A DNA stretch of 64,000 nt from a virus (IMGVR_UViG_3300030332_001481:131486-195485), one strand, 5' to 3'; shown: positions 9,341-18,200, numbered from the stretch's first letter. Translations and numbers: made by a program. The notes: generated from the letters alone by a model not told the origin.

Positions 9341-9415
9341 GGTAGGGAGCCGACGGGGAGCAGGTCAAAGCCTGCTCTACCTAACCACCAATCAATAACC
9401 TTCCAGGAAACCACC

Positions 9416-11749
9416 ATGGAACTCCAGACCACCAAGAGCGACGTGATCATCTCCGAAGGCCAGGAGGTGGTGGATTGTTCGATCAAGATCGACGCAGCCA
9501 CCTTCAAGATCTTCAGTGAGACCCTGTACTCTCGTACCTACGACGCCATCGTTCGTGAGCTTGCCTGCAATGCTTACGACAGCCAGACTGTGGCCGGGAC
9601 GCTGGACCGTCCCTTTGAGATCAATCTCCCCACCGCTCTCGCCAGTACCTTCAGCATCCGCGACTTCGGTACCGGGATGAGCAAGGAGACGATGAAGAGG
9701 GTCTTCTCGCAGTGGTTCAACTCCACCAAGCGTGAAGACAACACCCAGACCGGGTGCTTCGGGATCGGCTCCAAGGCGCCTCTCGCCTACGTTCCGAAGT
9801 TCACCGTCGTCAGCTGGCACGGCGGCATCAAGCACATCATGCAGATGGCGCTACAGGACGACGGCGACGGCCGAGGTGGTGTCCCTGCTCAGGTGTTCCT
9901 GTCGGAGACTCCTTCCGACGAGCCCAGCGGTCTGGAGGTTTACTTCCACGTCCAGCCGGAGAACTACTACGACTTTCGTGTGGCCGCCGAGACGGTCCTT
10001 CGTCCTTTCCCTGAGGGGTCGTACAAGGTCGTCCGAGGAGGCAGCCACTTCGATGTAGAGGAGTACCCCGAGCGTGACTTCCTCAGTGGCGAAGTCACCT
10101 CTCCCTCCATGGGTAAGTTCCCCTACAAGGTCTACTACTCGAACTCTGGCTTTCGTTCCACGCTTGTGATGGGGAACGTGGAGTACCCCCTCGTCAACCA
10201 GAACAAGTTCTCCCTCAACGCCAAGCGCGTCGCCAACCTGTCGATCAAGATCGACTGCCCGCTCAACACCTTCTCGATGACTCCGTCCCGGGAGACGGTG
10301 CAGTGGTCGGAGGACTTCTCGATCCCCCGGGTCAACGAAGTCCTGGAGCTGATCTTCGAACAGATCGACGAGCGCCTCGACAACGAGGTTGCCGCGGCCG
10401 ACTCCTACTGGGAGGCTTGCCTTCTGGCAAAGGCGTACTTCCACAAGAGCCCGTTCTCTCAGTGGGGACACAAGCCCCAGTGGAAGGGAAAGAAGATCCA
10501 GTTCAAGATCTCCGTCGAGTCCGATCTGAAGGACGGGGACGTCACCATGACCGGCGTCCAGGCAACGACCAAGAGGGGCGACACGCTGGCGAACAACTCC
10601 GCCAGTGAGTACGGCAAGGTACGTGATGTGGATGTGGTGGGGTCCACCAGGTTCTTCATCAACGATCTTCCGGGCAAGAAGGGGCTCTCCCGGATCAAGA
10701 AGCACATTCGTTACCGGATGGCCATGGACCAGGTCTGCTACCTGATCTCTTCGGAGGACAAGAAGAAGCTCGACGCTCTGACGAAGGAGACGCTGGGTCT
10801 CCACACCACCAAGATCGAGCCCGTGTCGTCCCTGGAAGACTTCACCCCGCCGCGCCGAGCGGGTGGTGGCGGCGGAGGTGGCGGAGGTAGCAGCTCTGCT
10901 GTGTCGGGGACTCGCTGCCTCGCCTACACGCCAATCAACGAAGGCCACTACAGCCGCAGAGCTGCGGACAAATGGGAACCCTCCGATATCGATCTGGAAG
11001 AAGACTCGGGTGTCTTCGTCGAGATCAGTCGGTGGAAGGTCTGCGACAGCATGACTGGCGAGAGCATCTCTGACATCCGAGACATCCTGCGAGATGTTTG
11101 TAAGGTTGCTGGGATCGACGAGCCCATTCTTGTGGGAGTTCGGACTTCGCAGGTACAGAAGTTCCATGACTCTGACAGCTGGCACAGCTTCGACGCTTGG
11201 GCACGTGACATCCTAAAGGATGCGTGGATGAACGACACGCTTCTCCGGTGGAGCGTGGACTTTCACGCGAGAAGTTCTTTCTACCAGACGAGCAGCTGGG
11301 GTGACAGTGTCGTGTCGTCGAGGCACCGGGACGCGGTCAAGACCTTCTGTGCGAGGGTCAACAAGAGCCGCAACCTCTTCTCCGGAACTCCTTGGGTGCT
11401 GCACTACGTCGACAAGATCAATGACATCATCTCAAAGAAGGCAGACGAGCAGGCGACGCGGTTCGTGACCTCCTACCTCAACTTGAAGCTCCACGAAGAG
11501 TTTGGGCTCGTGAGTCCGAACTACGGAGGCAAGATCCAGTACTACGGGGTCCTCGCTGATCGTATCCCGCTGCTTCAGGAGTTCTGTACCTACAGTGGCT
11601 TGAGCCTCAGTGGTCAGGACCTGGCCACGCTCGTGGAGATGAGCAGCCTTTACCTGGCCAAGAAGGAAGCCGAGAAGCAGGCGCGAGACGCGGCAGCGCA
11701 GGCAGCTGATGGGGACGACGATCCCAACACCTTGAGGGCCGTGGGGTGA
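9416..11749 (+). CDS. rIIA: RIIA-like protein (N-terminal GHKL ATPase fold)
   Basis: LYSRTYDAIVRELACNAYDS, IRDFGTGMS, STKREDNTQTGCFGIGSKAPLAY; paired with downstream rIIB. Confidence 0.85.
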   Translation: MELQTTKSDVIISEGQEVVDCSIKIDAATFKIFSETLYSRTYDAIVRELACNAYDSQTVAGTLDRPFEINLPTALASTFSIRDFGTGMSKETMKRVFSQWFNSTKREDNTQTGCFGIGSKAPLAYVPKFTVVSWHGGIKHIMQMALQDDGDGRGGVPAQVFLSETPSDEPSGLEVYFHVQPENYYDFRVAAETVLRPFPEGSYKVVRGGSHFDVEEYPERDFLSGEVTSPSMGKFPYKVYYSNSGFRSTLVMGNVEYPLVNQNKFSLNAKRVANLSIKIDCPLNTFSMTPSRETVQWSEDFSIPRVNEVLELIFEQIDERLDNEVAAADSYWEACLLAKAYFHKSPFSQWGHKPQWKGKKIQFKISVESDLKDGDVTMTGVQATTKRGDTLANNSASEYGKVRDVDVVGSTRFFINDLPGKKGLSRIKKHIRYRMAMDQVCYLISSEDKKKLDALTKETLGLHTTKIEPVSSLEDFTPPRRAGGGGGGGGGSSSAVSGTRCLAYTPINEGHYSRRAADKWEPSDIDLEEDSGVFVEISRWKVCDSMTGESISDIRDILRDVCKVAGIDEPILVGVRTSQVQKFHDSDSWHSFDAWARDILKDAWMNDTLLRWSVDFHARSSFYQTSSWGDSVVSSRHRDAVKTFCARVNKSRNLFSGTPWVLHYVDKINDIISKKADEQATRFVTSYLNLKLHEEFGLVSPNYGGKIQYYGVLADRIPLLQEFCTYSGLSLSGQDLATLVEMSSLYLAKKEAEKQARDAAAQAADGDDDPNTLRAVG

Positions 11750-11753
11750 TGTC

Positions 11754-12074
11754 ATGAGTGTGGATGTCAAACAAAGACTCGAACACATCAAGAGCATCAT
11801 CAAGCAGGCTCCGGTAGAGAGCCGTAAAGTGGCTCATGGCCCTGCACCTGAGTGTACCGGTGGGTCTAAGGCTTGGCTCTCTTACTCCCCCGGAGGGCCC
11901 TCTTGCTACTGCGGAGGGCGCCGGTACACCTGCCCTGGGTGTCTCCGGTTCATTCCAGAGTGCCTGGGAGCTGACGATGTTCTGGCCGAGTACTGCGACG
12001 ATTGTGCAAACGCGATCGTAAAGTACGCCTCGCCCGATGGCGGGTGGCCAACCCTGGACACACTAGACGATTGA
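11754..12074 (+). CDS. Cys-rich putative Zn-finger protein
   Basis: CYC..CPGC..CDDC; 3' end contains a degenerate motif copy. Confidence 0.6.
   Translation: MSVDVKQRLEHIKSIIKQAPVESRKVAHGPAPECTGGSKAWLSYSPGGPSCYCGGRRYTCPGCLRFIPECLGADDVLAEYCDDCANAIVKYASPDGGWPTLDTLDD
12048..12065 (+). promoter_or_regulatory. repeat motif copy 4 (degenerate, intragenic)
   Basis: CCAACCCTGGACACACTA, 2 mismatches, 56 nt before rIIB ATG. Confidence 0.6.
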
Positions 12075-12121
12075 GCTGAGCAGCTCCAAACAATCAGCCA
12101 TAAACCACTGAAAGAAAAGAC

Positions 12122-13309
12122 ATGACTGACATCGCATACATTCTCGGGCCGACCGCGTTCACGGTTGTGATCCGGGGCGAGGTTTTCGAGATCGGGAACG
12201 ACCACCCCAAGTTCAACGACATCCTGGACGTCATTCGCAACGCTCCGGAGAACGAGACGGCCGAGCAGAACTTCGACCGCGCAGAGTTGCTCCTGAGCCT
12301 CGTCAAGCAGGACAGCGCGAACGCCTTCACCAATCAGCTCGAAGAGCTGGGCATCGAAGACATCACCGTCGAGAACGGGCAGGTGCTCGTTCGCGGTGAG
12401 CCCATGCACACTCACCTGACCGACCGCATCTTGGAGCTACAGAAGGCGCGGCTTCCCTTCGAGTTCCTCCTCAAGTTCTGGGTCAACCTCAGCGCCAACC
12501 CGGACGAGCACCCGCGGCAGAACCTCTTCAAGTTCCTGGATTCGTGCCGGTTCCCGCTCACCGACGATGGGTGCTTCCTGGGGTACAAGTTCGGCAAGTA
12601 CAACGACGAGGGTCAGATCGTCGACTGGTACTCCGGAACGACGGTCCTTGAGCCGGGTGCCAAGGTTCCCATGAAGCGTGAGGACGTGGTCGCTGACCCG
12701 AAGGAACCGTGCGCCCCGGGTCTCCACATCGGAACTCTCAACTACGCGAAGGGAATAGGGGCCAACAACCCCATGGTGGTGGTCAAGGTGAACCCCAAGG
12801 ACGTTGTTTCCATCCCCAACGAGTACAGGTTCCAGAAGCTCAGGAGCTGCTACTACGAGGTGGTCAACGTCTTCCGCGGCACCGTAAAGACGAGCAAGCA
12901 GTTCGTCCGTCCTGCCTACAAGGAGGAAGAGTACTCCTCCGAGACGTGGGAGGATGAGGAAGACGTCTACGAGGTCACGATGGGTGAGCCCGAAGACGCC
13001 CGCCGCGAGCGCTACAGCGCGATGAGCCGGGATGAGGTCTGTCGCATCGCTGCCTCAGAGGGGGTCTTCTTGTCCACCAACGAGGCGCGGGACCTGGGCA
13101 AGGACGTCGTGGTCGAGAGCATGGTGGCGGGAATCTTCCCCTACCAGAACTGCCCGAAGTCTGCCATGGTCAAGCTGGCGCTTCGCCGCAAGATGTTCAC
13201 CTCGCCGCGCAAGGCTCAGCGCACGCCGGCCGAGACTCTGTCTCAGCTCATCAAGGACTCCACTCGGGAGGTGCGAAACCAGACCCTCGAATCGGAAAGT
13301 GAGGGTTGA
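12122..13309 (+). CDS. rIIB: RIIB-like protein
   Basis: FLLKFWVNLSANP, LTDDGCFLGYK, CAPGLH, VKVNPKDVVSIP, KLRSCYYEV. Confidence 0.85.
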   Translation: MTDIAYILGPTAFTVVIRGEVFEIGNDHPKFNDILDVIRNAPENETAEQNFDRAELLLSLVKQDSANAFTNQLEELGIEDITVENGQVLVRGEPMHTHLTDRILELQKARLPFEFLLKFWVNLSANPDEHPRQNLFKFLDSCRFPLTDDGCFLGYKFGKYNDEGQIVDWYSGTTVLEPGAKVPMKREDVVADPKEPCAPGLHIGTLNYAKGIGANNPMVVVKVNPKDVVSIPNEYRFQKLRSCYYEVVNVFRGTVKTSKQFVRPAYKEEEYSSETWEDEEDVYEVTMGEPEDARRERYSAMSRDEVCRIAASEGVFLSTNEARDLGKDVVVESMVAGIFPYQNCPKSAMVKLALRRKMFTSPRKAQRTPAETLSQLIKDSTREVRNQTLESESEG

Positions 13310-13333
13310 CACCGAGCCGGCCCCTGCTAGTAT
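13306..13333 (+). promoter_or_regulatory. sigma70-type promoter
   Basis: TTGACA (13306-11), 16-nt spacer with extended TG, TAGTAT (13328-33). Confidence 0.65.
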
Positions 13334-13339
13334 AAGCGT

Positions 13340-13515
13340 GAGGTAAGGGTGTTTCCTCCTTTCTTCCCTTACCTGATCGCAAAGTCCGGACAGTAAGCTG
13401 AGCGTAGAAGTCTCCGAGGGTTGGTGGTTCTCCCATCGGACAAAAGACTCCGCGGCTGAATAGCCGGACACCCGAGGCCGGAGTAGGTTGTGGTTGCCTA
13501 CTCCGGCCTCACCTA
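13340..13515 (+). ncRNA. three-hairpin structured RNA, candidate multi-target antisense sRNA
   Basis: stems 13341-49/13366-74; 13384-13469 (gtccgg/ccggac, agtct/agact, tccga/tcgga); perfect 14 bp 13474-87/13497-510; loops complementary to phage RBS leaders. Confidence 0.65.
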
Positions 13516-13563
13516 TTTAACCACGAAACCACAATGACCTGTAAACGACCTGGGGGGTAACCA

Positions 13564-14211
13564 GTGAAGAAGGGTAACTACAAGACGATGACGCTTGCTG
13601 CTAATGGTGCTCTAGACCTACTGAATTCATTGGTAATGGGGGAGCCACCTCCCGAAAGCCCCAAGCTACACTTGGCGGAGGCTGTACAGGTTTCTGCTGG
13701 GATCAGTGGTAGAAACTGGAAAGAGAAGCTGAAGGCTGCGAACCTTCACCTCACCAACGCGGAAGTTGAGAAGCGCTGGGAGTCCCTGAGCGCTACCAAG
13801 CGCCGCCGCTTGGACAACGTTTCGCTGCTGTCAGAGATTGTGCAGTGCGCCCCCACTGACCTCGCACTCTTCCAGAAGCAGGGTGTCTTCTGGAACCAGT
13901 CTGTTCCGCCCATCGGGGACGCACGATGGGAGACTGTCTGTCTAGGTCTCGTCAAGTTCATGGACATGAACGACCGAACCTACGACGAGCTTTCTTTGTG
14001 GGGGCTCTTCCACGGGATGCACGACTGGGTGGTTCGGAACCTGATGGCGTTCCTGGAGGACCGTGGCGTCGCTGAGAGCTACCTCCCTTCCGGCGTGGAC
14101 AAGTCGCGACAGGGTGCGTGGGTGTGGCGTGTACGGACCCAGGAGGAGTCGGAGGAGGAAGCTCGTGCGAATCTGCTAGTGGAGATTTCGAAGGCCCAGC
14201 AGCAGGGTTGA
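13564..14211 (+). CDS. hypothetical protein
   Basis: 215-aa ORF, GGGGGG before GTG. Confidence 0.7.
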   Translation: MKKGNYKTMTLAANGALDLLNSLVMGEPPPESPKLHLAEAVQVSAGISGRNWKEKLKAANLHLTNAEVEKRWESLSATKRRRLDNVSLLSEIVQCAPTDLALFQKQGVFWNQSVPPIGDARWETVCLGLVKFMDMNDRTYDELSLWGLFHGMHDWVVRNLMAFLEDRGVAESYLPSGVDKSRQGAWVWRVRTQEESEEEARANLLVEISKAQQQG

Positions 14212-14254
14212 ACTGAGCTGACTAGATGGTTATCTGATCCTCAGGAGGGTTCGA

Positions 14255-14425
14255 ATGCTCCCACCTTACGTCATCGAGCAAATCAGAGAACGTGAGCGCC
14301 CTGAGCGAGTCGACAGGCATAAGTCCAAGTATGCCTACCTAGACATTCCTGCCCCTCCCAAATACCAAGATCCTGACGAAGTCAAACCAGAGCGTGGTGT
14401 CAATATCATTGACATCATGGGCTGA
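14255..14425 (+). CDS. small protein (56 aa, not in ORF track)
   Basis: AGGAGG SD; MLPPYVIEQIRERERPER...LDIPAPP...KPERGVNIIDIMG*. Confidence 0.7.
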   Translation: MLPPYVIEQIRERERPERVDRHKSKYAYLDIPAPPKYQDPDEVKPERGVNIIDIMG

Positions 14426-14470
14426 GGCCAAATGTCACAGTAGGCAAGTGCCTACAGAAAGAAAAGAACC

Positions 14471-15016
14471 ATGCTGAACGACGACTTGGACTTCGGTCCT
14501 ATCCCCGAGCCCCTAGTGCACATTGCTGACCTGACGGATCTCTCCGGCGGGAAAAGCTCGGTGGTCACTACCCTCAGCTTGAGCCGGCAATGGCGCTTTC
14601 ATCAGCTACTCAAGGCGGGTATCTGTACCATTAGCCCGCGGGATAACATGGGAGACAGCGATTCTTTCGTGATGACAATCCCCTGCTCGGACCTCCTCAC
14701 GGAGGAGGGCTCCAGCATCCAGCTGCTGCAACTTCCCATTTCTCGTCCGGTCTTTCACGCTCACTTCGGGCAGACTTTCCTTCAGTGCACTGTGCGGAAG
14801 GACAAGCACGTCCCTCTCAGGTGGCCCACCCCGACCTACCAGGAGAAGCTGCACCAGATCAAGCGTGAACGCGTGGGCAAGACCAACTTGGAGGGGCCGT
14901 TCGCGGAGTACTTCCCGCCCTACGACGACGCGAAAAACCAGGAAGTGGCCAACTTCCTTTACGGTGAGTGGCTGGAGATTCGAATCTCACCCGTTCCTTC
15001 TTGGCGACGGGAGTAG
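14471..15016 (+). CDS. hypothetical protein
   Basis: 181-aa ORF, A-rich leader. Confidence 0.65.
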   Translation: MLNDDLDFGPIPEPLVHIADLTDLSGGKSSVVTTLSLSRQWRFHQLLKAGICTISPRDNMGDSDSFVMTIPCSDLLTEEGSSIQLLQLPISRPVFHAHFGQTFLQCTVRKDKHVPLRWPTPTYQEKLHQIKRERVGKTNLEGPFAEYFPPYDDAKNQEVANFLYGEWLEIRISPVPSWRRE

Positions 15017-15094
15017 GACCTATACCCAGGTGTTATTTGTTGGGTGTAAGTTGAGGGGGAGAAGGGGAACAGTTACCTTATCTAGGGACTAGAG

Positions 15095-15325
15095 ATGGCA
15101 AACGACAACCCGACAGACTGGGCCCCTACGCTAAAGCATCTGCGGATCGCTGTGGCGCGTTTGATTCACAACTTTGCCATCCACGCCAACGTCTCCCAGG
15201 TGGGAGCAGCAACTGAAATCGCAGGTCTAGCACTGGACATGAAGAAGGCTCTTTTGGCCGAAGAGCGCGAGCAAGAGATCGCTAGTCGAGACGAATCGGA
15301 AGCGGAAGAGGGTCCTCTTCCCTGA
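15095..15325 (+). CDS. hypothetical protein
   Basis: 76-aa ORF, AGGG SD. Confidence 0.55.
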   Translation: MANDNPTDWAPTLKHLRIAVARLIHNFAIHANVSQVGAATEIAGLALDMKKALLAEEREQEIASRDESEAEEGPLP

Positions 15326-15653
15326 GCCCGAGCCACTCCACGTGGTCAACTTGTGACTGCGTGAACGATCCCACCTTGTGGATGATCATGGCTCCAATGT
15401 GCTGCCCGATGGCTTCTTCATCAATGTTTCCATCTTTGTCACGCAGGTAGTGTAGAACGTTCTCTCCGAGTTCCACACCACCGTCGACCTGCGCATAGCA
15501 CATCGTTCCAACCGCCTTGAAGTACTCAAAGGGCGCGGGATCCTTATTGATCTCACGGTGCCAGATGAACGGGTAGCGCCGTGGGCGCTTTCCTGCGATG
15601 CGAAGTTCAGCTGAAAAGTGTACAAACATCTCCTCTACTAGATAACGCAGCAC
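15282..15653 (-). CDS. hypothetical protein, divergent from motif copy 5
   Basis: 123-aa ORF filling a gap with no comparable + ORF. Confidence 0.45.
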   Translation of the reverse strand: MLRYLVEEMFVHFSAELRIAGKRPRRYPFIWHREINKDPAPFEYFKAVGTMCYAQVDGGVELGENVLHYLRDKDGNIDEEAIGQHIGAMIIHKVGSFTQSQVDHVEWLGLREEDPLPLPIRLD

Positions 15654-15668
15654 GCAGATACCAATGGG

Positions 15669-15686
15669 CCAACCCTGGCCATACTA
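15669..15686 (+). promoter_or_regulatory. repeat motif copy 5
   Basis: exact motif; hairpin gagcagc/gctgctt follows. Confidence 0.8.
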
Positions 15687-15767
15687 AACAGGGAAGCCGA
15701 GCAGCGGGAGCTGCTTTGATTCAAACCACAGTTCTACTAGAAGCCTAGAGCAAGGGAACCACCAATC

Positions 15768-16484
15768 ATGACTACCGGATTCTACCGCTGCATCGACATC
15801 TCCATCTCGCTCGAAGACTGGATGAAGCTCAACTTCAACCGGGTCTCCACGTCCCTGGTTCAGCTCCTGCTGGACAAGGCGATGAACGAGGGGACGGATT
15901 CTTACGAACTCCTGGAGCGGCTGGACCGCGAGCGCCCCGAAGAGCCGGAGGAGCCCGAGGACCCGGAGATGGACGAGCCGTGCCTCGACGACTTCGAGAA
16001 CGAGGAGGACTACTCGGCCGCCATGGACGAGTTCGACGAGGCCATGGAAGAGCACGAGAGAGCCGTGGCTGAGTACGAAGAGGCGTACGCCGAGTGGGAA
16101 GACTGGAGTGAAGACTCTGATCTCGCTGGATTCCCTGCGGCGTGGGGGACCATGTGGACCTGCGAGGACACCCCCGCTACGGTCGAGGCGCTGATCGAGG
16201 CCGGGTTCGTGGTCTACCGCACCAGCGGCTTCATGGAGGACGTGGGAGACATCCTCTTCGGCGTCGACGGTGGGGGCTACTCGTTCTACGGGTCCCACTG
16301 GCTGCCGCTCCGGGCACAGCTCGTCGTGGAGTTGGCGCGAGGTAAGTACAGCGCTCTCGACGAGAACAGCGAAGAGTTTCGCACCATCATCGAGCACTTC
16401 GTGGATCGTATGGAGCGGGAGGGGGAGCGCCGCGACGAGGCGTTCCGCCGCTTCGGACTTCAGGACTGGAAGGTGGGGGAATGA
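15768..16484 (+). CDS. highly acidic phage protein
   Basis: D/E-rich central tract; WGTMW...FGVDGGGYSFY..HWLPL C-terminal motif. Confidence 0.75.
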   Translation: MTTGFYRCIDISISLEDWMKLNFNRVSTSLVQLLLDKAMNEGTDSYELLERLDRERPEEPEEPEDPEMDEPCLDDFENEEDYSAAMDEFDEAMEEHERAVAEYEEAYAEWEDWSEDSDLAGFPAAWGTMWTCEDTPATVEALIEAGFVVYRTSGFMEDVGDILFGVDGGGYSFYGSHWLPLRAQLVVELARGKYSALDENSEEFRTIIEHFVDRMEREGERRDEAFRRFGLQDWKVGE

Positions 16485-16723
16485 TTAACGGGCACTTCTT
16501 TCGTGATGGCGACGACTATGTCGTGGTCATCGTTGGGATGCCAGGAACGCCCGTGCAGATGGGGGTGGGCGAGTCCCCCGAGGAAGCTCTGGCAGAGGCC
16601 TCGAACACTCCCATCGAGTCGGGCGGTAACTGTATCGACGTGGCACTGAACTGGGCCTCTGGGCAGGGCTGGATCACCTCTGCCGCCGACCTGGTCGAGA
16701 TCGAAATCGAGGAGGAAAAATGA
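16481..16723 (+). CDS. HicB-like fold small protein
   Basis: DGDDYVVVIVGMPG...GESPEEALAEA. Confidence 0.45.
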   Translation: MINGHFFRDGDDYVVVIVGMPGTPVQMGVGESPEEALAEASNTPIESGGNCIDVALNWASGQGWITSAADLVEIEIEEEK

Positions 16724-17190
16724 CCGCCGCTACCACACTCTCGGAGGCTATCGAAAAGAGTAAGGCCTCCCCCAAAATGATCGTGTACTTGGAGTACACG
16801 GACCGGCTGTATGACCTGGCCATGGCCCGACTGACCGACCTGAAAGACGAAGAGGTCTACGACTCCGAAGAAACTCTTCACGGGGTCTCTTTCTACGGGC
16901 CGCCGAAGCACGAGGGGTTGTATGAATGGAGCGTCTACCTCAAGCGCTCATCTCCCCTGCGCTACAGCGCTGAAGGGAGTGTTCGAGGCAACTGTGGCCA
17001 CAACCACAGGTCCATCGACACAGCGTGTGCTTGTCTTCTTCGAGACCAGCGGGACTGCGCTTCGCTGGGAGGTGGGACGTACAGCGACCGAAAGGTGGTG
17101 CGATCTGACGGTCGCCCACTAAACTACGGGGAACGAGAGCGAGTCAACAGCTGCCTCTATTACAAGGAGGAGTTGCTGGGGGAGATGTAA
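16720..17190 (+). CDS. hypothetical protein
   Basis: GAGGAGG SD, ATGA overlap. Confidence 0.7.
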   Translation: MTAATTLSEAIEKSKASPKMIVYLEYTDRLYDLAMARLTDLKDEEVYDSEETLHGVSFYGPPKHEGLYEWSVYLKRSSPLRYSAEGSVRGNCGHNHRSIDTACACLLRDQRDCASLGGGTYSDRKVVRSDGRPLNYGERERVNSCLYYKEELLGEM

Positions 17191-17199
17191 AAGCTCGGG

Positions 17200-17424
17200 G
17201 TGACTCGGATACTTCTCTCGTTCAGGGGCAAGGCATTGCTTCCGGAAGGCCGGCAAGCGATGCTTCGCCTCTTGCTCACTGTCCCTCGTGTTGAGAGCTT
17301 CGCCCTACGCAAGAACTACTTGTGGTTCGAGGTTCGTGACCCTGGCGATAGTCTAGTCCAGGAGACAGTCAGCCGACTGTGGGCTTGGATATCCACGTCA
17401 CCCGACGAGGAACGCGATGCTTGA
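17200..17424 (+). CDS. hypothetical protein
   Basis: 74-aa ORF in operon. Confidence 0.55.
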   Translation: MTRILLSFRGKALLPEGRQAMLRLLLTVPRVESFALRKNYLWFEVRDPGDSLVQETVSRLWAWISTSPDEERDA

Positions 17425-17680
17425 GCACCTGTCAGGCTGGACCGCAGCGGTTGTGCTGGCGCTGAGTCAAATTCTACTGAACGGCCTGCGCACCCTCAAT
17501 ATCAAGCACATCACCAACCGTTCAATAGGGAAGGCCGTTCTGTCTTCGAACGCACTCAGTGCTGTGTACTTAGCCAACACTGCGTTGGGGATCAAGTCTC
17601 TACTCGAAGGGGACTTGATCCCCTTCGTGGGTTTCTTCATCGGCTGCACACTAGGTGTGTGGCTGGCTCTACGGAACTGA
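17417..17680 (+). CDS. small membrane protein (DUF5698/UPF0316-like)
   Basis: three hydrophobic segments, GLRTL and FFIGCTLGVWL. Confidence 0.55.
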   Translation: MLEHLSGWTAAVVLALSQILLNGLRTLNIKHITNRSIGKAVLSSNALSAVYLANTALGIKSLLEGDLIPFVGFFIGCTLGVWLALRN

Positions 17681-17684
17681 AGCC

Positions 17685-18200
17685 ATGAGTCTTGTCTGTC
17701 GTGTCAAAGCTCCAGCAAATGTGGCTGCACTGTCTCTGACCGAGATCAGAAGTCGCGAAGAAGACGCCTTCACAATCGTCTCTGGGTGGGAGAACGAGTA
17801 CGACGATCCCAACACGCTCCTGCGGTCCAGTCACCCAATAGAGGTCTCGGGAAAGAAGATCTGGACAGCCATCACTGTAGAGGGTGATGAATCCAACTGG
17901 ATCTCCACGCTGCACATTGTCCCGCTCGGTCTCATGCAGGACGTAGCCATCTCGACTTACATCTTCATGTACCACGGCATGATGGATGAGGTCCGCGACG
18001 TCGACCACGTAGCTCGAACCAACCTAGCGTGCGAGGCCATCATCAAGCTTGGGTGCTCTCTACCGCTCGTGGTATACGAGGGCTGGAAGGCCAACGAGAT
18101 CGTCAGCCTGTGTAAGCGTGAGTCCACGCTGCTGAGGAACAACTTCTACGCTTACTGCACCCTGGCCGAGCTGGCCCAGCCCATGAAGGATTTCCAATGA
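17685..18200 (+). CDS. hypothetical protein
   Basis: ATG 17685 within ORF 17655..18200. Confidence 0.65.
   Translation: MSLVCRVKAPANVAALSLTEIRSREEDAFTIVSGWENEYDDPNTLLRSSHPIEVSGKKIWTAITVEGDESNWISTLHIVPLGLMQDVAISTYIFMYHGMMDEVRDVDHVARTNLACEAIIKLGCSLPLVVYEGWKANEIVSLCKRESTLLRNNFYAYCTLAELAQPMKDFQ

Noticed and set aside
9323-9352. Motif as a T7-type single-subunit RNAP promoter (TAGGGAG ending)
   Set aside because: The similarity is limited to TAGGGAG in a subset of copies, the upstream part is unlike T7/SP6 promoters, and no RNAP gene is visible. Left open rather than called.
9851-11185. Long minus-strand ORFs (e.g. 9851..11185, 20849..22030, 27955..28998, 37775..38725, 61086..62063)
   Set aside because: Antisense shadows of GC3-biased + strand genes, with low-complexity V/L/R-rich translations and no SD.
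13251-13436. Minus-strand 61-aa ORF over the ncRNA
   Set aside because: It is antisense to the rIIB end and the promoter, has no SD, and is better explained as a shadow of the structured RNA.
13340-13515. ncRNA as 6S, SRP, tmRNA, RNase P or hammerhead RNA
   Set aside because: By eye it lacks the SRP helix-8 motif, tRNA-like ends, ribozyme core motifs and the single long rod of 6S. An Rfam search is still needed.
13534-13560. uORF MTCKRPGG* in frame with 13564 (read-through or leader peptide)
   Set aside because: It has no SD, and GTG 13564 has its own G-rich SD. There is no evidence of stop recoding elsewhere.
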